Positions 48,509-60,238 of a DNA stretch of 60,238 nt are shown here, in pieces; positions within the stretch are counted from its first letter, which is position 1, and every line of letters begins with the position of its first letter. The DNA comes from Acidobacteriota bacterium (GTDB lineage Bacteria; Acidobacteriota; Thermoanaerobaculia; Gp7-AA8). The position numbers and the translations under genes were made by a program. Location: assembly GCA_019244185.1 (NCBI GenBank), contig JAFATB010000004.1, positions 1 through 60,238 of the forward strand, in the 5' to 3' direction. The notes under the pieces were generated by a model that saw only the letters and a list, made by a program, of their open reading frames with translations, did not search any database and had not been told where the DNA came from.

Positions 48509-49185
48509 TGGCCGCCGGCTCCGTCATCGTCATCGTTCCCGCGGCGGGCGCCGGCACGCGCTTCGGCGGCCAGATCCCGAAGCAGTTCCTGCCGCTCGCG
48601 GGCAAGCCGCTCATCCAGCACGTCATCGAGCGTTTTCTGCTCGACGAGATCGTCGAGCGCGTCATCGTGCCGGTGACGCCGCAGCTTCTCTCGGGCGTCA
48701 AGAACAGCGAGCGCGTCACGTTCATGGCCGGCGGCGAGACACGCATGCAGTCGGTCGTGCGCGGACTCGCGGAAGCGGGCGACGCGGAGCTCGTCGCGGT
48801 GCACGACGCGGTGCGTCCGCTGTTCAGCGCGACGATGTTTCACGCGGTGATCGAAGCGGCGCAAGCCGCCGGCGCCGCGCTCCCGGTCGTCCCGCTCACG
48901 GACACGATTCACGTCATGTCGGAAGACGCGACGATCGCCAGCACGCTCGATCGCACGATGCTCGCCGCCGCGCAGACGCCGCAGTGTTTTCGCGGGAGTC
49001 TCCTTCGTGACGTGCTCGCGCGCGCGGAACGCGAAGGCATCGAAGGCACCGACGAGGCCGGACTCGCGGCGGGCTTCGGCTACACCGTGCGCGCGGTGCC
49101 GGGCGATCCGCGCAATCTCAAGATCACCGTTCCGGAGGATCTCGCGGTCGCGGAGTCGTACCTGCAGCAGTGGGGCGCCTCGTGA
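48508..49185 (+). CDS. ispD: 2-C-methyl-D-erythritol 4-phosphate cytidylyltransferase
   Basis: AAGAGTRF, PKQF, VHDAVRP, QTPQ, KITVPEDL. Confidence 0.95.
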   Translation: MAAGSVIVIVPAAGAGTRFGGQIPKQFLPLAGKPLIQHVIERFLLDEIVERVIVPVTPQLLSGVKNSERVTFMAGGETRMQSVVRGLAEAGDAELVAVHDAVRPLFSATMFHAVIEAAQAAGAALPVVPLTDTIHVMSEDATIASTLDRTMLAAAQTPQCFRGSLLRDVLARAEREGIEGTDEAGLAAGFGYTVRAVPGDPRNLKITVPEDLAVAESYLQQWGAS

Positions 49186-49661
49186 TGCGGATCGGTCAGG
49201 GCGTCGACGTGCATCCGTTCGATGCATCGCGACCCCTGATCCTCGGCGGCATCCGCATCAGCGACACCAACGGTCTCGCCGGTCACTCCGACGCCGACGC
49301 CGTGCTTCACGCGATCACCGACGCGCTCCTCGGCGCGGCCGGCGCGGGCGACATCGGACAGTACTTCCCGTCGACCGACGAGCGCTGGCGCGGCGCCGAC
49401 TCCGCGCTGTTCGTCCGCGAGGCGAAGCGCCTGCTCGACGAACGCAACGCCGAGATCGCGAATCTCGATGTCACGATCCTCGCGCAGCAGCCGAAGCTCG
49501 CGCCGCATCGCGACGCGATCGTCGCGTCGGTGGCGCAGCTGCTCGACCTGCCGCAGGGACACGTGAATGTGAAGGCGACGACGACCGACCACCTCGGCTT
49601 CATCGGCCGCGCGGAGGGCATCTGCGCGATGGCGGTCGTGCTCGTGGAGATCGACCGATGA
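49185..49661 (+). CDS. ispF: MECDP synthase
   Basis: RIGQGVDVH, GHSDAD, GDIG..FP, NVKATT. Confidence 0.97.
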   Translation: MRIGQGVDVHPFDASRPLILGGIRISDTNGLAGHSDADAVLHAITDALLGAAGAGDIGQYFPSTDERWRGADSALFVREAKRLLDERNAEIANLDVTILAQQPKLAPHRDAIVASVAQLLDLPQGHVNVKATTTDHLGFIGRAEGICAMAVVLVEIDR

Positions 49662-51040
49662 GCGTGCGCGTTCGTTTCGCGCCGTCGCCGACCGGACATC
49701 TCCACGTCGGCGGCGCGCGCACGGCGATCTTCAACTGGCTCTTCGCGAAGCATCACGGCGGCACGTTTCTCATTCGAGTCGAAGACACCGATCAGGCGCG
49801 CTCGACGCGCGAGTCGGAAGCGATGGTGCTCGACGATCTGCGCTGGCTCGGTCTCGATTGGGATGAAGGTCCGGATGCGGGCGGCCCGCACGCGCCGTAC
49901 CGGCAGAGCGAACGCGTCGAGCATTACGGCGCCGTCGCGCGCGAGCTCATGGAGCGCGGTATCGCGTATCGCTGCTATTGCACGGAAGAAGAGCTCGAGG
50001 CGAAGCGCAAGCTCGCCGAGGCGGAAGGCCGCCCGCCGCATTACGACCTGACGTGCTGGCGCAATCAGCGCGTCGAAGACAAGCCGTTTGCGGTGCGCTT
50101 CCATGTGCCCGACGACGGCGACGTCACGATCGACGACCGCATTCGCGGCGAGGTGACATGGAGGAAGGAGTCGCTCGGCGATTTCATCCTCGTGCGCTCC
50201 GATGGCTTGCCGACGTACAACTTCTCGGTCGTCGTCGACGATCACGAGATGGAGATCACGCACGTCATCCGCGCGGAAGAACATCTGACGAACACGCATC
50301 GGCAGGTGCTGATCTATCGCGCGATGAATTGGGACGTGCCGGAATTCGCGCACGTCTCGCTGATCCTCGGGCAGGACCGCACGAAGCTTTCGAAGCGGCA
50401 CGGCGCGACGTCCGTCTCCGCGTACGCGGACGAGGGGTATCTGGCCGAGGCGATGGTCAACTACTTGACGCTCCTGGGGTGGTCGTCGCCGGATGGGCTG
50501 GAAGTCTTCGGCCGCGAGTACGCGGTGAAGCATTTCTCGCTCGATCGCGTGAATCCGGCGCCGGCGGTGTTCGATCCGCAGAAGCTCGAATGGGTCAACG
50601 CGCAGTTCATCCACGCGATGTCCGCCGCGGAGCTCGCGCCGCTGGTGCGCCGCTTCTTCGACGTGCCGTGGCTCGAAGAAGGAATCGACGTCGTGAAGAC
50701 GAGCGTGCACCGGCTGACGCAGTTCGAGAGCGCGCTGAAGTTCGTCACCGAGTACGCGACGCCGGACGTCGACCGCGCGTTTGCGGAGAAGATCGGCGAC
50801 GAGCTGCGCGCGCACGGAACGCCGGACAGCGCGGACGCGTATCAGGCGATGGTCGAGCGATTGAAAGCGTCGACGGGCGCGAAGGGGAAGGCGCTCTTCA
50901 TGCCGCTGCGCCTAGCCCTGACGGGACTCGATCACGGACCGGAGCTCGTGCGCTCGATTCCGTTGCTGCGCCGCGCGAGCGAAGTCGATCCGAGCGTGCT
51001 CTCGCCGCTCGCGCGCGTCGAGCGCATCCTGGCGCGATGA
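49658..51040 (+). CDS. gltX: Glutamate-tRNA ligase
   Basis: RFAPSPTGHLHVGG, RVEDTD, KLSKR, PLRLALTG. Confidence 0.96.
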   Translation: MSVRVRFAPSPTGHLHVGGARTAIFNWLFAKHHGGTFLIRVEDTDQARSTRESEAMVLDDLRWLGLDWDEGPDAGGPHAPYRQSERVEHYGAVARELMERGIAYRCYCTEEELEAKRKLAEAEGRPPHYDLTCWRNQRVEDKPFAVRFHVPDDGDVTIDDRIRGEVTWRKESLGDFILVRSDGLPTYNFSVVVDDHEMEITHVIRAEEHLTNTHRQVLIYRAMNWDVPEFAHVSLILGQDRTKLSKRHGATSVSAYADEGYLAEAMVNYLTLLGWSSPDGLEVFGREYAVKHFSLDRVNPAPAVFDPQKLEWVNAQFIHAMSAAELAPLVRRFFDVPWLEEGIDVVKTSVHRLTQFESALKFVTEYATPDVDRAFAEKIGDELRAHGTPDSADAYQAMVERLKASTGAKGKALFMPLRLALTGLDHGPELVRSIPLLRRASEVDPSVLSPLARVERILAR

Positions 51041-51050
51041 TTCACCGTTC

Positions 51051-52025
51051 ATGATTTACGACGTCGTCCGGCGCGCGCTGTTCCATCTCGAGGCCGAGGC
51101 GGCGCACGAATGGACGACGGCGCAGATGGAGGCGCTGCAGCAGATTCCGATCGCGTTGCGCGCGATCGCGCGCGTGTGCCGTCCGCCGGCGAGCGCGGCG
51201 CGAACGTTGTGGGGGCTGCGCTTCCCGTCGCCGATCGGCATCGCCGGCGGCTTCGACAAGAACGCGACGCTGATGCCGATGCTGGCGGCGCTCGGCTTCG
51301 GCTTCATCGAAGTCGGGACCGTGACGTTGTATCCGCAGCCGGGAAATCCGCGACCGCGGCTCTTTCGCTATCCGGCAGAACGCGCGCTCATCAATCGCAT
51401 GGGGTTCAACAACGACGGCGCGGATGCGGTTGCGGCGCGATTGCGTGCATTTGACCGCAGCGTGCCGCTGTTCGTGAACGTCGGCAAGAACCGCGACGTG
51501 CCGCTCGAGCGCGCGACGGAGGCGTACGTCGAGTGTTACCGTCGTGTCGCGCCGCATGCGGATGCGGCGGTGCTGAATCTCTCGTCGCCGAACACGCCGG
51601 GATTGCGCGACCTGCAGCGGCCGGAGCATCTCGAGGCGCTGCTATCCGCGATCGGCAGCGTGCGCAGTGGGCCCGTGCTCGTGAAGATCGCGCCCGATCT
51701 CGACGAGACGCAGCTCGCGGAGATCGGCGACGTCTGCGTACGAAAGGCGGACGGGATGATCTGCACGAACACGACACTCGCGCGTTTGCCGGGGATGAAC
51801 GAAGCGGGCGGGCTCTCCGGCGCGCCGCTGATGGACCACGCGACTTCGGTGCTGGCGGCGGTGCGAACGCGCGTCGGGCCGGACTATCCGCTGATTGGCG
51901 TCGGTGGCGTATTCACGCCTGACGACGTACGCGCGAAGGTCCGCGCCGGCGCGAACCTCGTGCAGATTTACACGAGCTTCATCTACGAAGGCCCGATGAT
52001 TGCGAAGAGGCTTGCTCGCGCATGA
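51051..52025 (+). CDS. pyrD: Quinone-dependent dihydroorotate dehydrogenase
   Basis: AGGFDKN, INRMGFNN, NLSSPNTPGLR, KIAPD, GGLSG. Confidence 0.96.
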   Translation: MIYDVVRRALFHLEAEAAHEWTTAQMEALQQIPIALRAIARVCRPPASAARTLWGLRFPSPIGIAGGFDKNATLMPMLAALGFGFIEVGTVTLYPQPGNPRPRLFRYPAERALINRMGFNNDGADAVAARLRAFDRSVPLFVNVGKNRDVPLERATEAYVECYRRVAPHADAAVLNLSSPNTPGLRDLQRPEHLEALLSAIGSVRSGPVLVKIAPDLDETQLAEIGDVCVRKADGMICTNTTLARLPGMNEAGGLSGAPLMDHATSVLAAVRTRVGPDYPLIGVGGVFTPDDVRAKVRAGANLVQIYTSFIYEGPMIAKRLARA

Positions 52026-52735
52026 TCGTTTACGGCGCCAATCCGGTGCTCGAAGCGCTGCGCTCGCATCCGCGGCGCGTGCGTTACGTCGCGTTCGCGC
52101 GCGAGCAGTCGGGCCGCGTGCAGAAAGTCGTCGCGGAAGCGAAGGCCGCCGGCGTGGCCGTGCGCGTGCTCTCGACGAACGAGCTGAACCGCCTCGCTGG
52201 GCGCGGCGTGCACAACGGCATCGTCGCCGATCTCGCCGAAGGTGCGTACGTCGACTTCGATGATGTGATCGCTGACGAGGCGACGACGTTCGTGCTCATC
52301 CTCGACGGCATCACCGATCCGCAGAACTTCGGCGCGATTCTGCGCGTCGCGGACGGCTTCGGCGTGCAGCTCGTCGTCGTGCCGGCGCACGACAGCGCGG
52401 GACTCACCGCCGCGGCCGTCAAGGCATCCGCCGGCGCATCGGAATGGGTCGCGGTCGCGCAGGTGACGAATCTCGCGCGCGCGATCGAGACGCTCAAAGA
52501 GAAGGGCTACTGGGTGTACGCCGCGGCGGCGGACGGCGATCGCGCGGATCAGATCGACTTCCGCGGAAAAGTCGCGCTCGTCCTCGGCAGCGAAGGCAAG
52601 GGCGTACGTCGCAACGTCGGCGAGCATTGCGACCGCACCGTGAGTATCCCGATGTTCGGCCACGTCGACTCGTTCAACGTCGCGACCGCGGCGGCGGTGC
52701 TCTGCTACGAAGTCGTGCGGCAGACGCGGACATGA
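52022..52735 (+). CDS. rlmB: 23S rRNA Gm2251 2'-O-methyltransferase
   Basis: DGITDPQNFGAI, KASAGA, GSEGKG, IPM.G..DSFNV. Confidence 0.93.
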   Translation: MIVYGANPVLEALRSHPRRVRYVAFAREQSGRVQKVVAEAKAAGVAVRVLSTNELNRLAGRGVHNGIVADLAEGAYVDFDDVIADEATTFVLILDGITDPQNFGAILRVADGFGVQLVVVPAHDSAGLTAAAVKASAGASEWVAVAQVTNLARAIETLKEKGYWVYAAAADGDRADQIDFRGKVALVLGSEGKGVRRNVGEHCDRTVSIPMFGHVDSFNVATAAAVLCYEVVRQTRT

Positions 52736-53463
52736 ATCCGCATCCGCTGTTCATCCGCGGCGTGAGTCTGCGCCGTGATGAGATTCATTCGTTCGGCGAG
52801 TATCCGCTCAGCGTGCCGGTGATCCGCGATCTGGAAGAGCTGGAGTTCCGCGCGCAGGTCACGCTTCTCATCGGCGAGAACGGCTCGGGGAAGTCGACCC
52901 TCCTCGAGGCGATCGCGATTGCATGCGGCTTCAATCCCGAGGGCGGCTCGAAGAACTTTCAGTTCGAGACGGTGGAGTCGCATTCGCCGTTGCATCGGCT
53001 GCTGCACGTGACGCGCGGGTACAAGCGGCCGAGCGACGGCTACTTTCTGCGCGCGGAGAGCTTCTTCAACGTGGCCACGGAGATCGACGAGCGCGGGCTC
53101 GCGCCGTATTACGGCGGTCGTTCGCTGCACGAGATGTCGCACGGCGAGTCGTTCTTCACGCTCCTCAACGAGCGGCTTCTCGGCGGCGGGCTCTACTTCT
53201 TCGACGAGCCGGAGGCGGCGCTCTCTCCGATGCGGCAGCTGGCCATGCTGACGCGGATCCACGAGCTCGTGCTCGACGCCTCGCAGCTCATCATCGCCAC
53301 GCATTCGCCGATTCTGATGGCGTATCCCGATGCGGAGATTCTGCAGATCGAGGGAGGCGCGTTGCGGCGGGTGGCGTACGAAGAAACCGAGCACTACCAG
53401 GTGACGCGGCAGTTTTTCGCGCATCGCGAGCGCATGCTGAAGGTGCTCGTGGGCGGGGAATGA
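52732..53463 (+). CDS. Stand-alone ABC/AAA-type ATPase (COG3910-like)
   Basis: GENGSGKST, GYFLRAESF, SHGESF, DEPEAALSP, ATHSP. Confidence 0.9.
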   Translation: MNPHPLFIRGVSLRRDEIHSFGEYPLSVPVIRDLEELEFRAQVTLLIGENGSGKSTLLEAIAIACGFNPEGGSKNFQFETVESHSPLHRLLHVTRGYKRPSDGYFLRAESFFNVATEIDERGLAPYYGGRSLHEMSHGESFFTLLNERLLGGGLYFFDEPEAALSPMRQLAMLTRIHELVLDASQLIIATHSPILMAYPDAEILQIEGGALRRVAYEETEHYQVTRQFFAHRERMLKVLVGGE

Positions 53464-53470
53464 CCTTGGC

Positions 53471-53499
53471 TTGCGTCCCGTTAGGCACTCTGCTATAAC
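53471..53499 (+). promoter_or_regulatory. Sigma70 promoter of the tRNA operon
   Basis: TTGCGT-N17-TATAAC with an extended TG and a GC-rich discriminator. Confidence 0.65.
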
Positions 53500-53583
53500 C
53501 CGCAGTTCCTCGGCCGCCGCCGCAGAATCCCGAATTCTTCTGCTTGCATGTGGCTGCATGTGTCTTTGAAATCAGAAGTTGGC

Positions 53584-53659
53584 GCTGGCATAGCTCAGTT
53601 GGTAGAGCAGCTGATTTGTAATCAGCAGGTCGCGGGTTCGAGTCCCGTCGCCAGCTCCA
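53584..53659 (+). tRNA. tRNA-Thr(TGT)
   Basis: Cloverleaf, anticodon loop TTTGTAA, GTTCGAG, CCA. Confidence 0.96.
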
Positions 53660-53677
53660 GAGATGAAGCGCTTTTCC

Positions 53678-53764
53678 GGAGAGATGGCTGAGCGGCTAAA
53701 AGCAGCAGACTGTAAATCTGCCGGTCCACGACCTACGGAGGTTCGAATCCTCCTCTCTCCACCA
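53678..53764 (+). tRNA. tRNA-Tyr(GTA)
   Basis: Anticodon loop CTGTAAA, long variable arm, ACCA. Confidence 0.96.
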
Positions 53765-53772
53765 TTGCTTCC

Positions 53773-53847
53773 GCGGGAGTAACTCAGGGGTAGAGTCACA
53801 GCCTTCCAAGCTGTTGGTCGCGGGTTCGAATCCCGTCTCCCGCTCCA
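53773..53847 (+). tRNA. tRNA-Gly(TCC)
   Basis: GCGGGAG acceptor stem, anticodon loop CTTCCAA, TCCA. Confidence 0.96.
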
Positions 53848-53875
53848 ATTGCAACGGAACACCAACTCGGTCGGA

Positions 53876-54067
53876 CCGCCAAAACGGTCCAGATGCGAGG
53901 CGACAACGAAGCAGATGCGCCGTTTCCGCGGCGCGCGGAACAGGAAGCTGCTCGCGAGAGCGGCGCAAATGCGAGGCGTCGGAAGAAGGACGGCGAGACG
54001 TAGCAGCGCTACGTCGCAGCCGGCCGACGACCGACAACGAGGCAGTTGCACCGCTATCGCGAGCAGC
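53876..54067 (+). repeat. Two tandem structured elements sharing a bipartite motif in the tRNA-Gly/tRNA-Thr spacer
   Basis: ATGCGAGGCG (53893, 53969) and ACAACGARGCAG (53903, 54034), each pair enclosed by its own stem. Confidence 0.65.
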
Positions 54068-54073
54068 GAATCA

Positions 54074-54148
54074 GCCCTCGTAGCTCAGGGGTAGAGCACG
54101 TCCTTGGTAAGGACGGGGTCACGAGTTCAAATCTCGTCGAGGGCTCCA
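54074..54148 (+). tRNA. tRNA-Thr(GGT)
   Basis: GCCCTCG acceptor stem, anticodon loop TTGGTAA, TCCA. Confidence 0.95.
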
Positions 54149-54173
54149 TCATCACTTAGTCGGAGTCATCATC

Positions 54174-54332
54174 ATGGCGGCAGCACGAGAGATCATCACG
54201 TTGCAGTGCACCGAGTGCAAGCGGCGCAACTACACGACCACGAAGAACAAAAAGACCACGACCGAGAAGCTCGAGCTGAAGAAGTTCTGCCGGCACGATC
54301 GGAAGCGGACCGTTCATCGCGAGACCAAGTAA
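54174..54332 (+). CDS. rpmG: 50S ribosomal protein L33
   Basis: [27 protein letters not shown]...LKKFC...HRETK; not in the ORF track because it is short. Confidence 0.96.
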   Translation: MAAAREIITLQCTECKRRNYTTTKNKKTTTEKLELKKFCRHDRKRTVHRETK

Positions 54333-54383
54333 TCAGGAATTTCCCGAGAAGGCTTCGTCTTCTCAGGCATTTGCGGCAAATGT

Positions 54384-54459
<76 letters not shown>

Positions 54460-54526
54460 AACTTCTATAGGACAGCTCTTCGCCGGTTCGTCAGCGGACC
54501 CACGGTGAAGGGCTGTCGGAGTGTCG

Positions 54527-54775
54527 ATGGAAACAGAGAAGGAAAACGCGCTCGTCGCGAGACCGAAACAGTGGTGGCTCTCCACGCGGGAGTTCTTCCG
54601 CGACACCAATTCGGAGATGCGCAAGGTCACCTGGCCGACGCGCAACGAAGTGGTCACCACCACGGCCGTGGTCATCGTGGCCACGCTCGTCTTCGCCCTC
54701 TTCCTGTGGGGCTGCGACGTCGTGTTCTACAAAGCGATCGACTTCCTCTTCACGCGGTTCGGAGTGAGCACCTAA
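54527..54775 (+). CDS. secE: Preprotein translocase subunit SecE
   Basis: EMRKVTWP followed by one TM; synteny. Confidence 0.95.
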   Translation: METEKENALVARPKQWWLSTREFFRDTNSEMRKVTWPTRNEVVTTTAVVIVATLVFALFLWGCDVVFYKAIDFLFTRFGVST

Positions 54776-54779
54776 GCAA

Positions 54780-55376
54780 ATGGAAGCGACCGGCCAGAAG
54801 CAGTGGTACATCGTCCACACCTACTCGGGCTTCGAGGAGCGGGTGAAGGAGAACCTGAATCAGCGCATCGACGCCCTCGGCATGCGCGACCGTTTCGGCG
54901 AGATCAAGATCCCGACCGAGACGCTCGTCGAGATGAAGGGCGGCAAGAAGCGCGAGGTTCAGCGCAAGTTCTTCCCCGGCTACATCCTCGTCGAGATGGA
55001 CATGACCGACGAGGCCTGGCATCTGGTCAAGAACACGCCGAAGGTGACCGGCTTCGTGGGCACCGGCAAGAAGCCGACGCCGCTCACGCCGGAAGAAGTC
55101 GACCAGATCCTCACGCAGGTCGTCACCACGAAGGAAAAACCGAAGCCGAAGCACGTCTACGAGCACGGCGAGCACGTGCGGATCATCGACGGTCCGTTCA
55201 CGAACTTCACCGGCGTCGTCGAGGAAGTGAACCTCGACCGCAACACGCTCAAAGTCATGGTCACGATCTTCGGCCGCTCTACGCCGGTCGAGCTTGACTT
55301 CCTGCAGGTGGCGCGTTTCGACCCGAGCGAGGAGCAGGGCGGGGCGGGCGCGGGCGGAGCGCAGAAGCAGCGGTAG
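54780..55376 (+). CDS. nusG: Transcription termination/antitermination factor NusG
   Basis: [23 protein letters not shown] motif [18 protein letters not shown]. Confidence 0.98.
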   Translation: MEATGQKQWYIVHTYSGFEERVKENLNQRIDALGMRDRFGEIKIPTETLVEMKGGKKREVQRKFFPGYILVEMDMTDEAWHLVKNTPKVTGFVGTGKKPTPLTPEEVDQILTQVVTTKEKPKPKHVYEHGEHVRIIDGPFTNFTGVVEEVNLDRNTLKVMVTIFGRSTPVELDFLQVARFDPSEEQGGAGAGGAQKQR

Positions 55377-55384
55377 CGAAACGC

Positions 55385-55463
55385 GAATTAAGAATTTCGA
55401 ATGAAGAATTGAGAATCGCCACGGTCCACGCTTTCTTCATTCGAAATTCTTAATTCTTAATTC
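55385..55463. repeat. AT-rich inverted heptamer repeat (GAATNNN)n
   Basis: GAATTAA GAATTTC GAATGAA GAATTGA...; perfect 24-bp inverted repeat at 55385-55408 / 55433-55456. Confidence 0.85.
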
Positions 55464-55476
55464 AATAGGAATCATC

Positions 55477-55902
55477 ATGGCTAAAAAAGTAACAGGCTAT
55501 ATCAAACTCCAGATCCCCGCCGGCGCCGCGACTCCGGCTCCTCCCGTCGGTCCGGCCCTCGGCCAGCACGGCGTGAACATCATGGAGTTCTGCAAGACCT
55601 TCAACGCGCGCACGCAGAAGGATCAGGGCCTCATCATCCCGGTCGTGATCACGGTCTTCTCCGACCGCACCTTCACGTTCGTCACCAAGACGCCGCCGGC
55701 GTCGATCCTCCTGCTCCGCGCCGCGGGCGTGCAGAAGGGCTCGGGCGTGCCGAACAAGACCAAGATCGGCAAGGTCACGCGCAAGCAGGTCGAAGAGATC
55801 GCGCGCACCAAGATGCCCGATCTCAACGCCGCGAACGTCGAGTCCGCGATCCGCACGGTGGAAGGCACCGCGCGCTCGATGGGCCTCGACGTCACCGATT
55901 AA
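55477..55902 (+). CDS. rplK: 50S ribosomal protein L11
   Basis: [20 protein letters not shown]. Confidence 0.98.
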   Translation: MAKKVTGYIKLQIPAGAATPAPPVGPALGQHGVNIMEFCKTFNARTQKDQGLIIPVVITVFSDRTFTFVTKTPPASILLLRAAGVQKGSGVPNKTKIGKVTRKQVEEIARTKMPDLNAANVESAIRTVEGTARSMGLDVTD

Positions 55903-55950
55903 TCCGGCTGCAAAGAGGCGCGGCAGCGTGTGGCTGCCGCAAGGTTCAAA

Positions 55951-55989
55951 CGTAGGAGGCGCCGCGCGAGCGGTGCCGTCTGCACTACG
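55951..55989 (+). promoter_or_regulatory. Putative L1 autoregulatory RNA site before rplA
   Basis: CGTAG-GAG-GCGCCGC-GCGA-GCGGTGCC...CTACG stem with an asymmetric internal loop next to the rplA SD. Confidence 0.55.
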
Positions 55990-55997
55990 GAGGTGAA

Positions 55998-56699
55998 ATG
56001 GCCAAACACGGCAAGAAGTATCGTGCTGCCGTCGGGAAGGTCGAGACTCGCCCGTACCAGCTGGACGAAGCGTTCGGTCTGCTCAAGCAGATCGCCTACG
56101 CCAAGTTCAACGAGACGGTCGAGCTGTCGATGCTCCTCGGCGTCGATCCGAAACACGCCGATCAGATGGTCCGCGGCACCACCGTGCTCCCGCACGGTAC
56201 GGGCCAGACCAAACGCGTGCTCGTGATCGCTCAGGGCGACAAACAGAAGGAAGCGCAGGAAGCCGGCGCCGACTTCGTGGGCGGCGACGACATCGTCGAG
56301 AAGATCCAGGGTGGCTGGACCGATTTCGACGCCGTCATCGCCACTCCGGACATGATGCGTTCGGTCGGTAAGCTCGGAAAGGTCCTCGGCCCCCGCGGCC
56401 TGATGCCCAATCCGAAGACCGGCACCGTCACGTTCGACGTCGCCAAAGCGCTTCAGGAGATCAAGGCGGGTAAGGTGGAGTTCCGCGTCGACAAGACCGC
56501 GATCATCCACGTGCCGGTCGGCAAGATCTCGTTCTCGGCGGACCAGCTCAGCGACAACGCGTCGGCGATCATCAACGCCGTCCGCAAGGCGAAGCCGGCG
56601 GCGGCGAAGGGCAAGTACGTCCGCTCGATCTACATCTCGTCCACGATGAGCCCCTCGGTCGAGATCGACACGGCCATCGCCGAGGCGAAGGCGGAGTAA
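55998..56699 (+). CDS. rplA: 50S ribosomal protein L1
   Basis: [29 protein letters not shown]. Confidence 0.98.
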   Translation: MAKHGKKYRAAVGKVETRPYQLDEAFGLLKQIAYAKFNETVELSMLLGVDPKHADQMVRGTTVLPHGTGQTKRVLVIAQGDKQKEAQEAGADFVGGDDIVEKIQGGWTDFDAVIATPDMMRSVGKLGKVLGPRGLMPNPKTGTVTFDVAKALQEIKAGKVEFRVDKTAIIHVPVGKISFSADQLSDNASAIINAVRKAKPAAAKGKYVRSIYISSTMSPSVEIDTAIAEAKAE

Positions 56700-56708
56700 G
56701 GAGACAGC

Positions 56709-57251
56709 ATGAATCGCGACCAGAAAGCAGCAGCGATCTCCGAATTCTCCGAAGGCATCGGCCAGGCGACCAACGCGTTCCTGATCTCGTTCAAGGGCAT
56801 CACCGTCCCGCAGGTCACGGAACTGCGCAAGCAGGTTCGCGACTCGGGCTCGAGCTACGTCGTCGTCAAGAACACCCTCGCGCTGATCGCGGTGAAGGAC
56901 TCGCCGCTGACGCAGCTCAAGGAGCAGTTCACGGGCGAGACCGCCGTCGCGTACAACGCGACCGACGCGGTGGCGTTGGCGAAGGTGCTCACGAAGTTCG
57001 CGAAAGACGTTCCGACCGTGCAGTTCAAGGGCGCGATGCTCGGCGGCCAGGTGGTTCCGGCGGCCGAGATTCAGAACATCGCCAACCTTCCCTCGCGCGA
57101 AGAGCTCATCTCGAAGCTGCTCTATCTCATGCAGCATCCGCTGCGCGGACTCGCGGTCGTGCTCAACGGCACGCTGCGGAACTTCGCGGTGGTTCTCGAT
57201 CAGATCGCGAAGCAGAAGGGCGGCGGAGAGTCGTCCGAAGCCGGCGCATGA
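56709..57251 (+). CDS. rplJ: 50S ribosomal protein L10
   Basis: VVKNTL, LPSREEL; synteny. Confidence 0.97.
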   Translation: MNRDQKAAAISEFSEGIGQATNAFLISFKGITVPQVTELRKQVRDSGSSYVVVKNTLALIAVKDSPLTQLKEQFTGETAVAYNATDAVALAKVLTKFAKDVPTVQFKGAMLGGQVVPAAEIQNIANLPSREELISKLLYLMQHPLRGLAVVLNGTLRNFAVVLDQIAKQKGGGESSEAGA

Positions 57252-57323
57252 CACACGTTCGATTGGCGCGGGCCACGGCCCGCTGGGAATTGCTGAACAG
57301 TTAGAAACTTTTGGAGGCTTGAA

Positions 57324-57713
57324 ATGGCTATTTCTACCGATGATTTCGTGAAGCAGATTGAGTCGATGACGGTTCTCGACCTGGCGAACCTCGTCAAGGC
57401 GCTCGAGGATCGCTTCGGCGTGTCCGCCGCCGCTGCGGCGGTTGCCGCGGCTCCGGCCGCCGGCGGTGGCGCGGCTGCGGCCGCGGCTCCGGCCGAAGAG
57501 CAGACCGAGTTCACCGTCGTCCTCTCGGATGTCGGCGACAAGAAGATCAACGTCATCAAGGCTGTCCGCGAGGTTACCTCGCTCGGCCTGAAGGAAGCGA
57601 AGGACCTCGTCGAGGGCGCGCCGCAGACCGTCAAGGAAGGCGTGTCCAAGGAAGAGGCCGAGAAGATCAAGAAGGTCTTCGAAGAGGCCGGCGCGAAGGT
57701 CACGGTCAAGTAA
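57324..57713 (+). CDS. rplL: 50S ribosomal protein L7/L12
   Basis: FGVSAAA Ala-rich hinge, [11 protein letters not shown]. Confidence 0.98.
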   Translation: MAISTDDFVKQIESMTVLDLANLVKALEDRFGVSAAAAAVAAAPAAGGGAAAAAAPAEEQTEFTVVLSDVGDKKINVIKAVREVTSLGLKEAKDLVEGAPQTVKEGVSKEEAEKIKKVFEEAGAKVTVK

Positions 57714-57728
57714 ATCGGTTCGTTTTGA

Positions 57729-57772
57729 CTGTTCCGGGCGATGTTCGTGCATCGCCCGGAACAGGCGTTTTT
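57729..57772 (+). terminator. Attenuator/terminator hairpin between rplL and rpoB
   Basis: CTGTTCCGGGCGATG-TTCGTG-CATCGCCCGGAACAG followed by GCGTTTTT. Confidence 0.7.
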
Positions 57773-57898
57773 GCGAAGTCCTCCTGAGCCGGAGAAGGGG
57801 GGAGCGGCCTTCTCCACATGGCTCACCATCGCGTACTCCTCTTTGCGTAGCCTGCAAAGAGGCCTCGCCTGACGCGAATACCAAAGGAGTCACACCGA

Positions 57899-60238
<2,340 letters not shown>

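Noticed and set aside
52732-53463. Stand-alone ATPase beside the tRNA cluster as a defence or integrated element
   Set aside because: It is a common COG3910-type ATPase coupled to rlmB; there is no partner nuclease, integrase or att duplication.
55909-57863. Shared 12-mer CTGCAAAGAGGC in the rplK-rplA and rplL-rpoB spacers
   Set aside because: It is a single short match with no shared flanking structure and cannot be separated from chance without other genomes.

Overview
High-GC bacterial chromosome segment, most consistent with Acidobacteriota (probably Thermoanaerobaculia-like). That assignment is inferred from the Cys-rich insert in RpoB and the protease C-terminal domain. Most of the window is core genome: bamA-skp-lpxD-fabZ-lpxA, nadK, coaE/folD, rplM-rpsI-rpsB-tsf-pyrH-frr-ispDF-gltX-pyrD-rlmB, and a five-tRNA/rpmG/secE/nusG/rplKAJL/rpoB block that has no tuf. 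No integrase, transposase, prophage or CRISPR array was seen. The best candidates for undescribed biology are: (1) a compact adenine methyltransferase + SNF2 helicase + membrane MutS-ATPase cluster with no visible nuclease, lying between comEA and a PilR-like sigma54 activator; (2) two tandem mucin-like lipoproteins built on Asp-Thr motifs; (3) a DUF4157 protein with a papain-like C-terminus, divergent from an atypical ClpX; (4) several structured intergenic DNA families, namely a two-copy long palindrome, a duplicated bipartite motif in the tRNA spacer and heptamer palindromes; and (5) a regulatory layer readable in the DNA (LytTR boxes, sigma54 promoters, start-less SD elements and many probably leaderless genes). 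All family calls come from motif recognition by eye, with no database searches.
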